A stretch of DNA of 64,000 bases from Harriotta raleighana. Its lineage: Eukaryota. The stretch lies in the NCBI GenBank assembly GCA_050575255.1, contig JBNZDD010013635.1:3136358-3200357 (forward strand). Reading direction: 5' to 3'. A model generated the notes under the pieces. It did not search any database. It was not told the DNA's origin and saw only the letters and a program-made list of their open reading frames with translations. Of the stretch, positions 27,401 through 39,095 are shown piece by piece. Numbering within the stretch: the stretch's first letter is position 1; each line of letters starts with the position of its first letter. The translations under genes and the position numbers were made by a program.

Positions 27401-28675
27401 CTGCAGGAAAGGAGGAGAAAGCGATTGTTACTGCAAGAGAACTGTGAGCTGGCTAACTAAGTGACTGCAGATTCCTTCTCAACGGTCTGGCAGTCATCAA
27501 ATTACAATCAATCACTCACTCATCATGAATCATCAACATAGAACATTCAGCAACTGAACCAATACCAATTTCGGTTGACATAGAAACTAACTCAAAACTG
27601 AAGAACACATTAATTACACAATATGCAGATTTTTCCCCTCCCCTGTCCTGCAAGCACTGTTTCTCTAGTGTACTGTTCCAATCTGAATATTTCTGTCTTC
27701 TCCTCAATAAACACCGCTGCATCCTCTGAACCTCACTCTCTTAGTCAAGCCGAGAGGTCTTTGCCCCTGAGGCCTTTTCAGCACTCTCAGTGTCAGGAGA
27801 CCATTTAGGTGAGGTGTGAGGGTGTGAGAAGAGAACTGTATTGAAAATGCCTTGAGACCTGGCCCCTACAAAACAAAATATAGCAGTCATGAGGGAAAGG
27901 CATGTGTAGACAAAGATTATTTGAAGTATGTAAGGAGGAAGCATTGACAGACAGAGAACAGGAAGGGACTTCCAACAATCACTAATGAATGAGCTGCGTC
28001 TAATGAAAAACTGATGTATTCCAGGATGCAAAATAGTATAAAATATTAAGTTGGGAACATAGTTGTTCTGGACAGTGATTGTTGAACACTAAGTGTGTGA
28101 CAGCTAATGAAATCATAGAATTCTCCCTCGTCTCTGTCAACAGGCTAACCTCTCCAGGCTGACCGATGGGAAGAAGTTAATTATTGAAACCTGTGAGAGA
28201 GTGGTCATGATACCTATTTGAAGGGTTCAGCTGTGAATCAGGCTTTGCACTTGAACGCTCTGGAGTTTACTGCCTGCAATCTGGGCTGCCCATGGATGAT
28301 GTGATTGGTGCTCAGCATAAAATGGGCTGAAAATTGCAACAGAAATGCTCTCAGAGTAGAAGGATATTAAAGGGTAAAGTTGTTTCTTTGCAATTTTTTT
28401 TAAACAATGAGCTAAAGGCAAGATCGATCGTTCAACCAAAGCAGAAGGGGCTGGTAAGGCAGTGATGAAAAACTCGTGCCTCATTTCAGAATTCATACGA
28501 CGAAAAATTCACATCTTTTTTCTTGCAATGAAATTAATCATCAAAAGCTACTGATTAAACGATACTTGGAGCTGAGTTGTTGAACACACTCAAATAAAAA
28601 TGTAAACATGTTTGGGAAAATGGTTCTGGCGAGAGAGATATTATGACAACCTTTGTCATAATGATAATACAGTAA

Positions 28676-28790
28676 CATGATAATAATCCTTTCATTTGAT
28701 ATAGTACCTTATCACGTCTTCTAGACGTATAAAAGCGCTTCACAGAATATAATGTAAAATTAACTACTGACTGTACATTTTGTAAATAAA
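28676..28790 (-). mobile_element. SINE 3' fragment
   Basis: ATAATAATCCTT.CATTTGATATAG..AAAGCGCTTCACAGAATAT. Confidence 0.75.
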
Positions 28791-29042
28791 ATACTGCAAA
28801 ATGATGCCTGCCTTACTCTATTACTGCTTAAAGGAAGAGAGCAAAATTCATTGTGGTGCCTGTCCTCAGCTCTACACGATCACATAGGGCAGGACTGAGA
28901 ACAGGTGGGCAACTAGATGTGCCCCCCATACATCCAGATGGTGGCTTTGCAAACTTTAGTTTGTATATTTCAATGTAAATTTCTTCTCTCCACACATATT
29001 CATATAACCACACATTCAGGGCTTCTAATTTTAAAAAAAGCC

Positions 29043-29157
29043 TAAATACTGCAGATGCTGGAAATCTGAAAAACAGAACACTCAGTAGGTCAGGCAACAT
29101 CTGTGGAGAGAAGAAAGTGAGTTAACTTCTCATTTCAGCTTGATGACATTCCGTCTG
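29043..29157 (-). mobile_element. Fragment of a common chondrichthyan repeat (Penelope-like terminal-repeat type)
   Basis: AAATACTGCAGATGCTGGAAATCTGAAA..CTCAGTAGGTCAGGCAACATCTGTGGAGAGA. A related, oppositely oriented fragment lies at ~38520-38600. The family assignment is from memory. Confidence 0.5.
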
Positions 29158-30757
29158 TGTGGATTCTAATGCTCTGTCATTCCAGTACTGATTGAACTGG
29201 TCTCAGAAACTAGATGTACAAGTTTTAGTTTGTGTAGAGATTGACTACAATGCATCCAAATCAACTTGAAGCAAAAGAAAATTTGGGGTTTTTCTCTCTA
29301 TTTAGAGTTCTCACAGGTTATAATATAGAAAAATGTATTTCAATGATCTTTCTAATGTGAGTGTCCCTTCTCAGGTCAGTCTCTTGTCCATTTAAAGATA
29401 GAAACCAGGCATGCTCCATCCTGAGACAGATATGTTGTCCTCATGTGCTCTCCATGGGATTTTTGTAATTTGTCCCAATATCCAAAATAAATGAAAGGCA
29501 AAAAGAGGTTATAATCCAACACACCACTATCGTAAAGAAAAAAAACACGATTTGAATTGTGCTTAATGGAACCACAAACCATGTAATTTGAAACAAAACT
29601 TGTACCGTTAATTAAAAATAATGAAGGGCTAGTGCTGAAACTGGGGAGGTTTGGACAGGATTTCAACATGTTTACTTCAGGCAAAATGGCAAGTCTAACA
29701 ACTCTGCTTTGCCAACTTGTCAATCAGAAAGGGGTTTGTTTGCAATTACTGCAGGTAAATGCCAACAGGCTGCCTCTGTGTTTGAAATATTTACAGACTG
29801 TTTCTCCTTCAACAAGGGTGTGCCATTTTGTCAAACAGCTCTGATTTGTTCAAGTGGAATTAGGAGGACAAAGAGATTGGTAGAGATCACAGAAATTTCA
29901 ACATAAGCAATGGGTTCATTTGCGTAACTGCAAGAGGAAATCATTGTGAGTGGTAAAACCTTCCAGATACTTCCAAAAGGCCTTTCATTAAATACTACAT
30001 GGAGAGAATCCTTTATAAAACTGTTATTGGTGGGTTTAAAGGGTAAGGCGTGAATGTAGATTAATAACTTGCTAAAGGGAAACGAGCAGAAGGTAATTGG
30101 AAAGGAAACTGGGCCAAAATTAGAGAGATATTGAATACGGGGCCTCAAGGCTCCATGCTGGCATCTAGTGTACATAAACGGGATGATTCGCAAATTAGAT
30201 GCTAGGTGCTTAAATGCACCCTAAGATGGAATGGCAGGGAACTGGAACTGGAGCAAGCAGCCAAGATCTTATACAAAGAGAGCTCAAAAGGAATGCACCC
30301 GGTTGGCAAATTAAACTTAATGCAGATGCATCATGAATATGCTGACTGCAAATATTCCAGTAGGAGTAGTGATGAAAAGCAGAAACCCTGTCTTATTTTT
30401 CTATCTTGCAAGCTGAGGGGTATTGAAACCAATTGTAATGCCTCAACTGTTGCCTGTGCCAGACAACTCAATGCTCAGGATCCTCTGTATCTAAATGTGT
30501 CTTGATCTTTCATGTCCAATATCCAATTGGTCGGGAGCTGTGTGGCCAGTAACTGATTAAAATCACACTGCTTACATATTCACTCCTGCAGTTGAGCTGA
30601 CTTAACTAGTGTCCAGAAACATTGATGACTCCAATTAACCCATCAGCACATGACAAGCTGATTAGATGGATATCTTGGGAGTTACCATTTTCACAATTCG
30701 GATTTGGCAATCCACAGATGCTACAGTTAGAGGGATTGGGACGATTCTATTATAACA

Positions 30758-30917
30758 GGGAACTCTCAGTAGAGAGCAGAGAAAAGCAATGGGATTCTCA
30801 GTACAGAGTACTTGGGGACTCTTAATATAGAGTAGAGCAATATTTTGGAACTCACAGCACAGAGCAGTTCAATATATGGGGATTCTCAGTCCAGAGCAGA
30901 GCATTTCATAGGGAACA
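30758..30917. repeat. Degenerate minisatellite, about 5 units of 24-33 bp (GGGAYTCTCAGTACAGAGCAGAGCA)
   Basis: Units start near 30758, 30791, 30815, 30847 and 30879. Confidence 0.6.
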
Positions 30918-31139
30918 AATACTGAACAGGACATCATATATATAATTAAACAATACTGACCTATAGTTCTCAGATGAAAGGCTAACAATTCATAGCTGAA
31001 ACATTCATTTGAAACTATCATAATGCCCTTCCCATCCACGTCAGTCACTGGAATACTTATGTGACCTTTGGGTTAATTTTAGATTACAGCAGTTCCATTT
31101 TTCTTTGTCTGAAAACATACCCTATATGTTGCTGTTTCT

Positions 31140-31463
31140 AATAATATAATAATCCTTGCACTTGATATAGCATTTTTTCACATCTTCTAGTCTCTCAAAG
31201 CACTTCACAGAATATACTGTAAAGTGAATTGACTATATTTTGTGGGCAAAAACATGGCGGCCATTTGAGCAGAGCATAAACAGTCCCATAAATAGTCGTG
31301 GATTGAATGACCAATTTTTTAATAGTGTTTTTAGATCTTGAAGGATTATTATCAGGCATGTGGAGTAAGGAAACTTGCCCAAGGTTTCGCCCTGTCAGGA
31401 ATCAAACCCAGGTCTCTTGCCTGCAAGGCGAGTGCTCCAACCATTGAACTGTAGGATTCCTCA
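31140..31463 (-). mobile_element. Full-length SINE copy
   Basis: Reverse complement of 1327-1643, including the tRNA-like head. Confidence 0.85.
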
Positions 31464-34099
31464 TTTAACCTCCCATTTGTATTTTGCAATGGGTTTATGT
31501 ACAGAGTTGAATTTATACATGGATCATTCAATTAATTTGTAAACTGTATTCTTAATACATACATGAATTTATAAATTCTGTTTTAAATGTTGTATTATAT
31601 ATGTATCAATGTTCTTTTGTTTTGTAAATAACGCAGGCTGAGCATCTTATGTACCTTAACCAGTACTGGAAACAAATGCAGTCTTCGTAAGATAAGACAG
31701 CCCTAGGCATGGCTTTAACCTACACCTCATGCATCTGACGTAGTTTAGTTTCTACCGTTTCCAGGCATAGCAGATGCTTTAATGACATTTCAGATGCAGA
31801 TGAATATTTTATCAAAGCCAAATCCACAAACAATAATTCCACGTACATGTTACCACGTGCAATTTTCCAAATGAAGCTTAAAACCCTGCAGGAATATAGT
31901 ATGAGGCACTTCAACCCAGGGGAGGGCAGAAATAAACATTACTCACTAACTTCAGCCAAGCCCCATTTTCCCAGCTTCTTGCTGGAGAGCCATTTTCAGG
32001 AATGCTCCAATGCCCTTCTCTATGGGGTGATTGGCCCTGACCAGTGTACTCAATCCCTCAGATGGCAGTCTCCCGATTTACTCACTCTGGATGGCTTCTG
32101 GAGAGGGAAGATAGTCCCGCTTATCAATTATTAACATGTCAATTTATGTTAATAATTATAAATTCTCATTTTACATATAAGCCATTGTTTAGCAATCTTT
32201 CTGTAAGTAGCCTTCAAGAAAGCTAGCAAACTGACTTCCATTCTAAAATGCTACGTTTAATAAAGTAAATCTTCAGCCAGGTAGAATTGAACTCCCTATG
32301 TTTGTCACAGGGAATTAACTCTACGCGTTGCATTGGATAAGTGATACTGCATTATTTCAGATATTTCTTGGCTTTGCTATCAGTGGGTGTGATGAAGAGT
32401 GAGTAAGGTGATATTGATCATGCAAGCTGATAGTATGACAGGTATTATTGGACTTGCACTTCATAGACTAGAAAGAAAGGTGGACAAGATTGTTTTCCCA
32501 GCAATATAGTGCTGATAAATAATGTAAGAATATATGTTTCAAAGGCAGAATCTGATGGGACTGAATGTCTTGTGTTAAGATCCTAATCTCTGCAGTCCTG
32601 GCTAGACTCATCCCGAACAAACAAAATGAAAGTCTACAGCACAAAAGTGAGCATTCAATGGTAACTGGCAATAAGATCAATGGCACATCGAGAATGGGGT
32701 GATTTCACTGGTGAAGTTGAGAGGCTTGTCTGAGGTTAGAGGTTAAGATGCACTGCAAGGAGAGGGGACACATTCTGTGTACTCCACCATGCATCGTGAA
32801 TCTACTTTATCCGACCTAGAATCCATCACACTGGTACTGATCATAAAAAAGCAGAAACATTTGTCTGCCCTGACCTTTCTCTCTGATAAAAGCGGCCAGA
32901 AAATACAGAGGGCAAATTCAGGATCAATATCTGGGTATTACAGGAAAAATGTGATGAGATCTTGTGGGAACCTGGTCTCAGTAACATTTGTTAAGTATGA
33001 CAGAGTGGGAATACCGACTGAGCAGCTAATTTGTGTTGCTTGACGAACTTGATTCTGGTTGGGAAGCCACTGCTTAAGACCACAGCAGTGTTACAGCTCA
33101 GTACCTGTGAAACTGGTTGCTGCATTTCCATTTCTCTCGACTGCCGCAGGGCGTCTGTCAGAAAGCCATCACTCAACGATCACTTCCTTGCTCATTTTTC
33201 AAATATTGTCAGCAGCTCCCGGGAGTATAAATGGTTTTTTTTTCCCCCCGAATATTTGTTTTTATTTGAGGTATAGGCTGTCAGAAGGGTCAACTTTAAA
33301 GAGAGAAACCTTTGAACACTGTTCAAAATCAGGAATGTGTGAAGTCCCAAATCCTTGCTTTGCACATGTTTAAAATACCGATGCTCCTTGAAAGAAACTG
33401 GCCTCTTTTACATGAGGTTTGGGTTTGATACTCTTCCAAGCTGGGACACTGACCGTTGGTTGTGACAAGCCTCAAGTGACCTACCTGAATACTGTCTCTC
33501 ATCGTACCTCTTTAGATTAACTCAAAACACACAAATCCTGTTTACCATTTCTTAACAACTTTATTTTATAGTTATGAGTGCTCGGGTAGTAAAACTCAAA
33601 TAAAGTGAAAGTGAGCCAAACTGCAAATATCCTAAATTTAATGCTAGAGTAATGGATTGTTTCATGCAGTGAATTAGGGATAAAACAATCTAAGATCATT
33701 TCACGTGGATTCGTGGTACCAACAGAGACGGAGACTTCATTACATAAATTTAGGTTGGATTCAAACTGAGCTACCGATGTAAGGCTTCTTGGTCATCTGA
33801 TTTTTAGGACTTATTCGGTCAGTATATTCCCCTTAAAACTTTTTTGTCTTAAACTTGTAGATTCTGTTCAAGAACAAGAACAAACTTCAAAAATCAAGAA
33901 AATGTTAAGTTCCGCACGGCATATTTTAATTTTAACAAGCCAATTACTAAAATTCTCGCTGAAAAGACCTCAAAATGAGTTATTAATTAAAGGTATTTCA
34001 TGGATTCTGTTGAATGCAAGTCTATCTCACAAGCCTTGGGAAATGTATTGACTGTTGAGGAATGGCCTCTTTTTACACAAGAGACAGTTAAATCTGAAT

Positions 34100-35329
34100 C
34101 CAGAGTGTTCACCAGAGACTATTTTTATTTATTTTATTTATTTATTATATTTATATACTAGTCAGTGTTCCATTGCACTACTGAAACCGCAATTTCATTT
34201 TACAGTGGGTCGTTGCATCGTCAATGCATCGAGACTGATGGTTGAATATATAAAAGGTCAGATCTGTGAACTTGAGAGTCGCAACAGAAAAAGGCAACAT
34301 AAGATTTCAATGCACAACAGACAATTTCTGCTGGTAAGAAGTAACTTATCAGATTGTGGACTCCCAATATTTGGAATCGAGCTGAAAAATGGGATGAGCA
34401 CAAATTCTTAATGGATAGCTACTTAAGACTCCACTGTTAAAAGAGAAAAGTACAGCGGGCTACACAAAACAATGAAGACTTACCAGCAAGTTGAAGCAGC
34501 GAAGTTCGGAGCACTGTGTTAAATCTACATCACTGGTGCTTCCACAAGCACCAACACAAAGGAAAAGTCTACAATGAGTCCATTATTGAGCAGTGCAACA
34601 TGAGGTACTGCACACGTTCATTCGACTGCACCTCATCATGAGTGGGTTTGGAGTAATTGTCCACCCTGGGATCACTTTTCTGAAATCACAGCTTCTCTGT
34701 ACAACGTCAATCAAAACAATTAATATTGAGCCCAAATAGATGGCATCCCAGCCACAAGCACAGTCTTGAGTGTCCTGTATGATAAATACCTATTCCCCTT
34801 TGTACAACCACAGCAGGCTGGTGATCAGCCAGCATTCAAAGTCATTGCTATTAAGCAACAGCAGTAGTTGCAGAAAATGCAAGCAAATGAATGATTAGTT
34901 CTCATCATCTTCAATATGAAGATATAAAAGGATTCGGAATCCGTCGCAGGACAAGGGCCAGTTCCTTGGCAATGATGTCAGGAGAACACCATTCGAGAAA
35001 GAGAAAGTGTGTTTAAGAAACATCGAAGAATATCACAGCATGGAAGGTTCTACTTCATTCTTTGGGAAAAATGGGATGTTCATTGATTCCAGTTTTGTAG
35101 ACCCTGAATTAATGAAGGGAGATGGGAAAGAAAGTTGAGTCTGATTGGGGTCTTCAGTCTGCTTTGTCTTTAGAGAGGAATACGAGGTTTCTGAATAGGC
35201 CAAGGATCAATCTGATAGACAGTAACAATACGTTTCCTTCATAAGAATGGTCAAGCCCATGAGAAATAGTCTGTGTCTTTGTTTCGCTTTCCTCCAGTGC
35301 TTTTAGACATGTCTCGTGCTTCTCTGCTG
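34100..35329 (-). other. EPHB1: Probable proximal EPHB1 3' UTR
   Basis: Repeat-free sequence directly after the stop, running to a cluster of AATAAA hexamers. The true end is inferred. Confidence 0.55.
34124..34146 (-). terminator. Cluster of five AATAAA polyadenylation signals
   Basis: Plus-strand TTTATT starts at 34124, 34128, 34133, 34137 and 34141, about 1.2 kb downstream of the stop. Confidence 0.5.
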
Positions 35330-35438
35330 TCATGCCATTGCCGATGGAGCTTGGCTAATTTGTACCCTCATTGACTGAATGCTGTTCAGTATTTTCTTCT
35401 GGTGACCAGCCAAAGTGACCCCTATCCTCAACAGATCC
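35330..35438 (-). CDS. EPHB1: EphB1 last coding exon (109 bp to the stop): (E)[35 protein letters not shown]
   Basis: Acceptor tttcctgcag|G and TGA at 35332-35330. The ...AMA C-terminus distinguishes EphB1 from EphB2/EphB3, which end in VEV/VQV. Confidence 0.95.
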
Positions 35439-35879
35439 CTGCAGGAAACGAAAACACAATGATGCATTTGAAACAACATGGACACAACAGGTTGCCCGGT
35501 TATTTTTTTTAAAAAAAATTGGTTTGTTGTAGTCTCTCACTGCCCCATTTAAAAAGTGACTAGAAAAAAAGCTTTGTTCATGTTTTGTTTCTCTTCAATA
35601 CAGTGCAAAGCAAGTATTGTAATTTGGGATATTTCAGTTCATCTTTTTTTTACTTTCACACAAAATGAATTGAAAACACTCAATCAGATACTGTCTCCGC
35701 CAACTTTTCGAGCTTGACCTCACTCACTCAGTGATGCTCTAATTTGATAGCATCCATCTCCTCAGCTGTTTGTTTGCAATGCAGATGGGTATTTCAGACC
35801 AACATGTGAAAGAATCTGGAGCCAACGCTATCAGGAAGGGGCACCACCACCCAACAAACATCAATCCCTAGCTAGTGCA

Positions 35880-36340
35880 TTATTTTCACCCAAAAAATAC
35901 ACAGTCAATCAACATTATAATATATTCTGTGAAGTGCATTGAGGTGTCTCAATGGTGTGGTAAGGCACTATATCAGATGCAAGATTATTGCTATATCCGA
36001 TTACTGTTATTTTGAAGGATCAAATACCCACAACATAATAATAATAATCTTTGCATTTTGATATAGCGCTTTTCACATCTAGACATCCCAAAGCACTTCA
36101 CAGAATATACTGTAAAGTGAAATGATTGTATATTTTGTGGGTGAAGCACGGCATGCAATTGCGCACAGCAGAATCCCACAAACAGTTTTAGAGTGAGTGA
36201 CCAAATAATTGTTTTTTTTTTTCTTGAGGGATTATTATCAGACATGAAGTAAGGAAACTTGCCCAAAGTTTGGTCCTGCCAGAAATCAAACCCAGATCTC
36301 TTACTTGTGAGGCGAGCGCTCTAAACCCTCAACTACAGAA
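35880..36340. mobile_element. Tail-to-tail SINE pair in the last EPHB1 intron: plus fragment 35880-35990 and near full-length minus copy 36035-36340
   Basis: Both match the window's dominant SINE. Confidence 0.8.
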
Positions 36341-36779
36341 CTAGATCACAATGGCAGCTCAGGAGGCATATCCCAGGTTACCAAGCAGCACAAGGATTTT
36401 TTCCTTCATGTATATTTTCACAAGCTATAGTATTCTATAGCTCAGGGGAATATTTTAAAAAGAACATCCTTGTACATGATTGTTCTTCCCCTTTAATAAA
36501 CAAAGATCACATTCATTTATTCTGACCACTGGGAGTCCCTCTAACCAACCGCATTTCATAGTAACTCTAGGTTACTTGCCAATCACCAACCGCTCATTAT
36601 TTCTTGACGAATCTAAAAGTGATTATGTCCCAATTTTCAAGGATTCAGTGATCCATCAATGACAAGGATAGCAATGCATTCTGTTGTCTCCAAAGGGAGA
36701 CCTGCATAGCGGAGTCTTACAGCATAGCACAGACTACAACTCAAAGAAATATACTCTATATTTAGGGATGTGATCTCAT

Positions 36780-36920
36780 CTGGATCTTTGCACGATAGCT
36801 GTAAACCACCCAAAATTGGCTGCTGTGTTCATTATACAAAATAGTCACTGCACTTTACAGTAAATCTGTTGAAGCATTTTGGGACAGACACTACACTAAA
36901 TTCAATGGCAAGGATTATTT
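36780..36920 (+). mobile_element. Degenerate SINE 3' part next to the SAM-exon donor
   Basis: AAATTGGCTGCTGTGTTC..CACTTTACAGTA..GAAGCATTTTGGGAC..GCAAGGATTATT. Confidence 0.55.
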
Positions 36921-36933
36921 GTTTTATACTCAC

Positions 36934-37089
36934 TCTGACGTCATCTGAGTGGTCAGTTGGAGAGAGGAGAAGCCAGCGTTCAGGAAGTTCTCTTGGTATT
37001 GACTCATCTTGATCGCACTAAGCCATTCCTCCACCGAGGTAAAAGTAGTGAAGTCCGGGACACTACGATCTAATAGAGGCTGGGAAGGC
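36934..37089 (-). CDS. EPHB1: EphB1 SAM-domain exon (156 bp): (V)PSQPLLDRSVPDFTTFTSVEEWLSAIKMSQYQENFLNAGFSSLQLTTQMTS(E)
   Basis: Not in the ORF track; translated by hand. Acceptor gatacag|G, donor GA|gtgagt, open frame, and an Eph SAM motif (WLxAIKMxQY). Confidence 0.95.
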
Positions 37090-38901
37090 CTGTATCAATA
37101 TAGTCAACAGAAACAAAATTCAGTAGAATCATGAATCATAGTGAAGCGTATTGAGATGTCCTCCCGAAATGAAAGACACTTTATAAATGTAAATTTTTAT
37201 GTATTTTAATGCTTCAGCACACACATTTGGCCTATTATGCCAATCTGAGGTATCCATTTAGTCCCACTTCCTTTCACACCATATGTGATTTGTACATTGA
37301 TAAATTGCCCTAAAATCATGGTATTTTTCAACGAGCATTGTGTGTTATTTGGGACAAATTACTATATTTTTTATACTGTATAGTATATAGGAAAACATAA
37401 GTATCAGTATAGGAAAACATATGGATCATATTTTTGATGCATGTAGAAACCCATCACCATGGGTATCCCAACCAGACTCAGAGTTCCACATATGCAGATG
37501 TACATGGGAAATTCCCATTGACTGGAATGGAGTGTGTGCTCTTTACCTGAAGGGATCCACTCTGCTTTGCTAATTGCAGAGTATATTAGGCATAGTTTGC
37601 CAACAAATAGGCAAGGCAGAGTTAGAGTACAGCTGACTTTCACCCAGTGTAGGAAAACAGATACAGTCAGAGGCCATTCAGCCCAACAAGCCTGTTCCAC
37701 CTGTTCATAAAATCTTGCAGATTTTTTAATCCCAACACCTCACACCAATTGATGGAAGTACAGGCTATGGCCATCAGCACTGATGTTTCAATGTCAGCTT
37801 AGGTGAGTAAATCATGTGGATATTTGCAATAACCAGTCTCACAGCTCCAAGTGCTTTGTTTTAAAACTTGAAAAAACATCAATCTTTATACTAGATCAAA
37901 GATGGGCACATGTCCATACAGAGTCACTACTGCAGCAGCCTAAACATCACTTGGTTATAGTTACAAGGCTTAGGTAAACTCTGGCTTTCATTAGTATTAT
38001 TAGATTAGGGTTGGGGTGAATGTTATTTTTTATTTTGGAAAAGAAGATTCTATTGTAATAGGTTACCACAGTACCAAAGTGACCCCTCACTAGAAATATT
38101 CTCACCATCCCCATCTGAGCTTGGGAATGACTAGCAGACACTGTTAATTCACTTTTGTAGAAATGGCTTGGAGTGGGGGGTGGTGGTGGGGTGGGAGAGC
38201 GGGAAGGGGGTAGAAAAGTCCACGTTGTTATAGAGATAAACTATGGTTATAAATACCATAATCTACTTAGTAACATCAAATTACCTCTGATTTTCTCCTA
38301 CAGTTTAGCTATTTGTATCATTTAATGCATCAAATGCTTTGTTAACATAGTGAGTGAATCATCCTAACTGTACTGCAAAAAGGAGAAAAAAAATAAGAGT
38401 CTGAAGTTGGGCAGTCACATAAGCTGCTTTGAAGAAGCTAGCTATCAAAGTCCTTCCTGAATACAGGTGGCGGAACCCTCAATGGCTGCTCAGTCACCAG
38501 CCCAGTCATTACAACTGGGAACACACAGCAGATCAAGCAGTGTTCCCAGCGACTTCTGTTTCTGTTTCAGATTTTCAGCATCTGCAGTATTTTGCGTTTT
38601 TGTCAGTCATTACAACTAATGGGTTTCTCTGTCCAACACTTTCATGCCCTTGAACCACCACATGTATCCCACTTCACTGCCTGTCCCTTCGTTCAATTTA
38701 CACAGCCCTGCTGCGCGTCCTCTATCCCGTCTGCGCAACCCAGAAGCAGCAAAAAGGAATCTATTGCATTTAACAGGAAGGAAAACTTGTGAGACACCAA
38801 AAAATTGCAAGTCAGCTACTTCAAAGAGTTGAAGTCACGATGTTAGCAAGATGAGGCTAATGATCAACATAGAAGTCAGAGGAAACTAATAGCAAGCTTA
38901 C

Positions 38902-39095
38902 ACTGCAGTAATGGTCGCCATGGTCTTGAGGCTGGCTGGATTTCGAATCATTTTGTCCAGAGTGTTGACAATCTGGGCGAATTTAGGCCTGGCGTTACGG
39001 TCTTTCTGCCAGCAGTCCAGCATGAGTTGGTGCAGGGAAGCGGGACAATCCATGGGAGGCGGAAGGCGGTAATCCTGCTCAATAGCATTGATGAC
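38902..39095 (-). CDS. EPHB1: EphB1 kinase C-terminal exon (194 bp): [18 protein letters not shown]...[15 protein letters not shown](V)
   Basis: Acceptor gtttcag|GTC and donor GT|gtaagc. Eph kinase subdomains X-XI. Confidence 0.97.

Noticed and set aside
30758-30917. CRISPR-like array
   Set aside because: The context is vertebrate, the repeats are degenerate, the spacers are too short and there are no cas genes.
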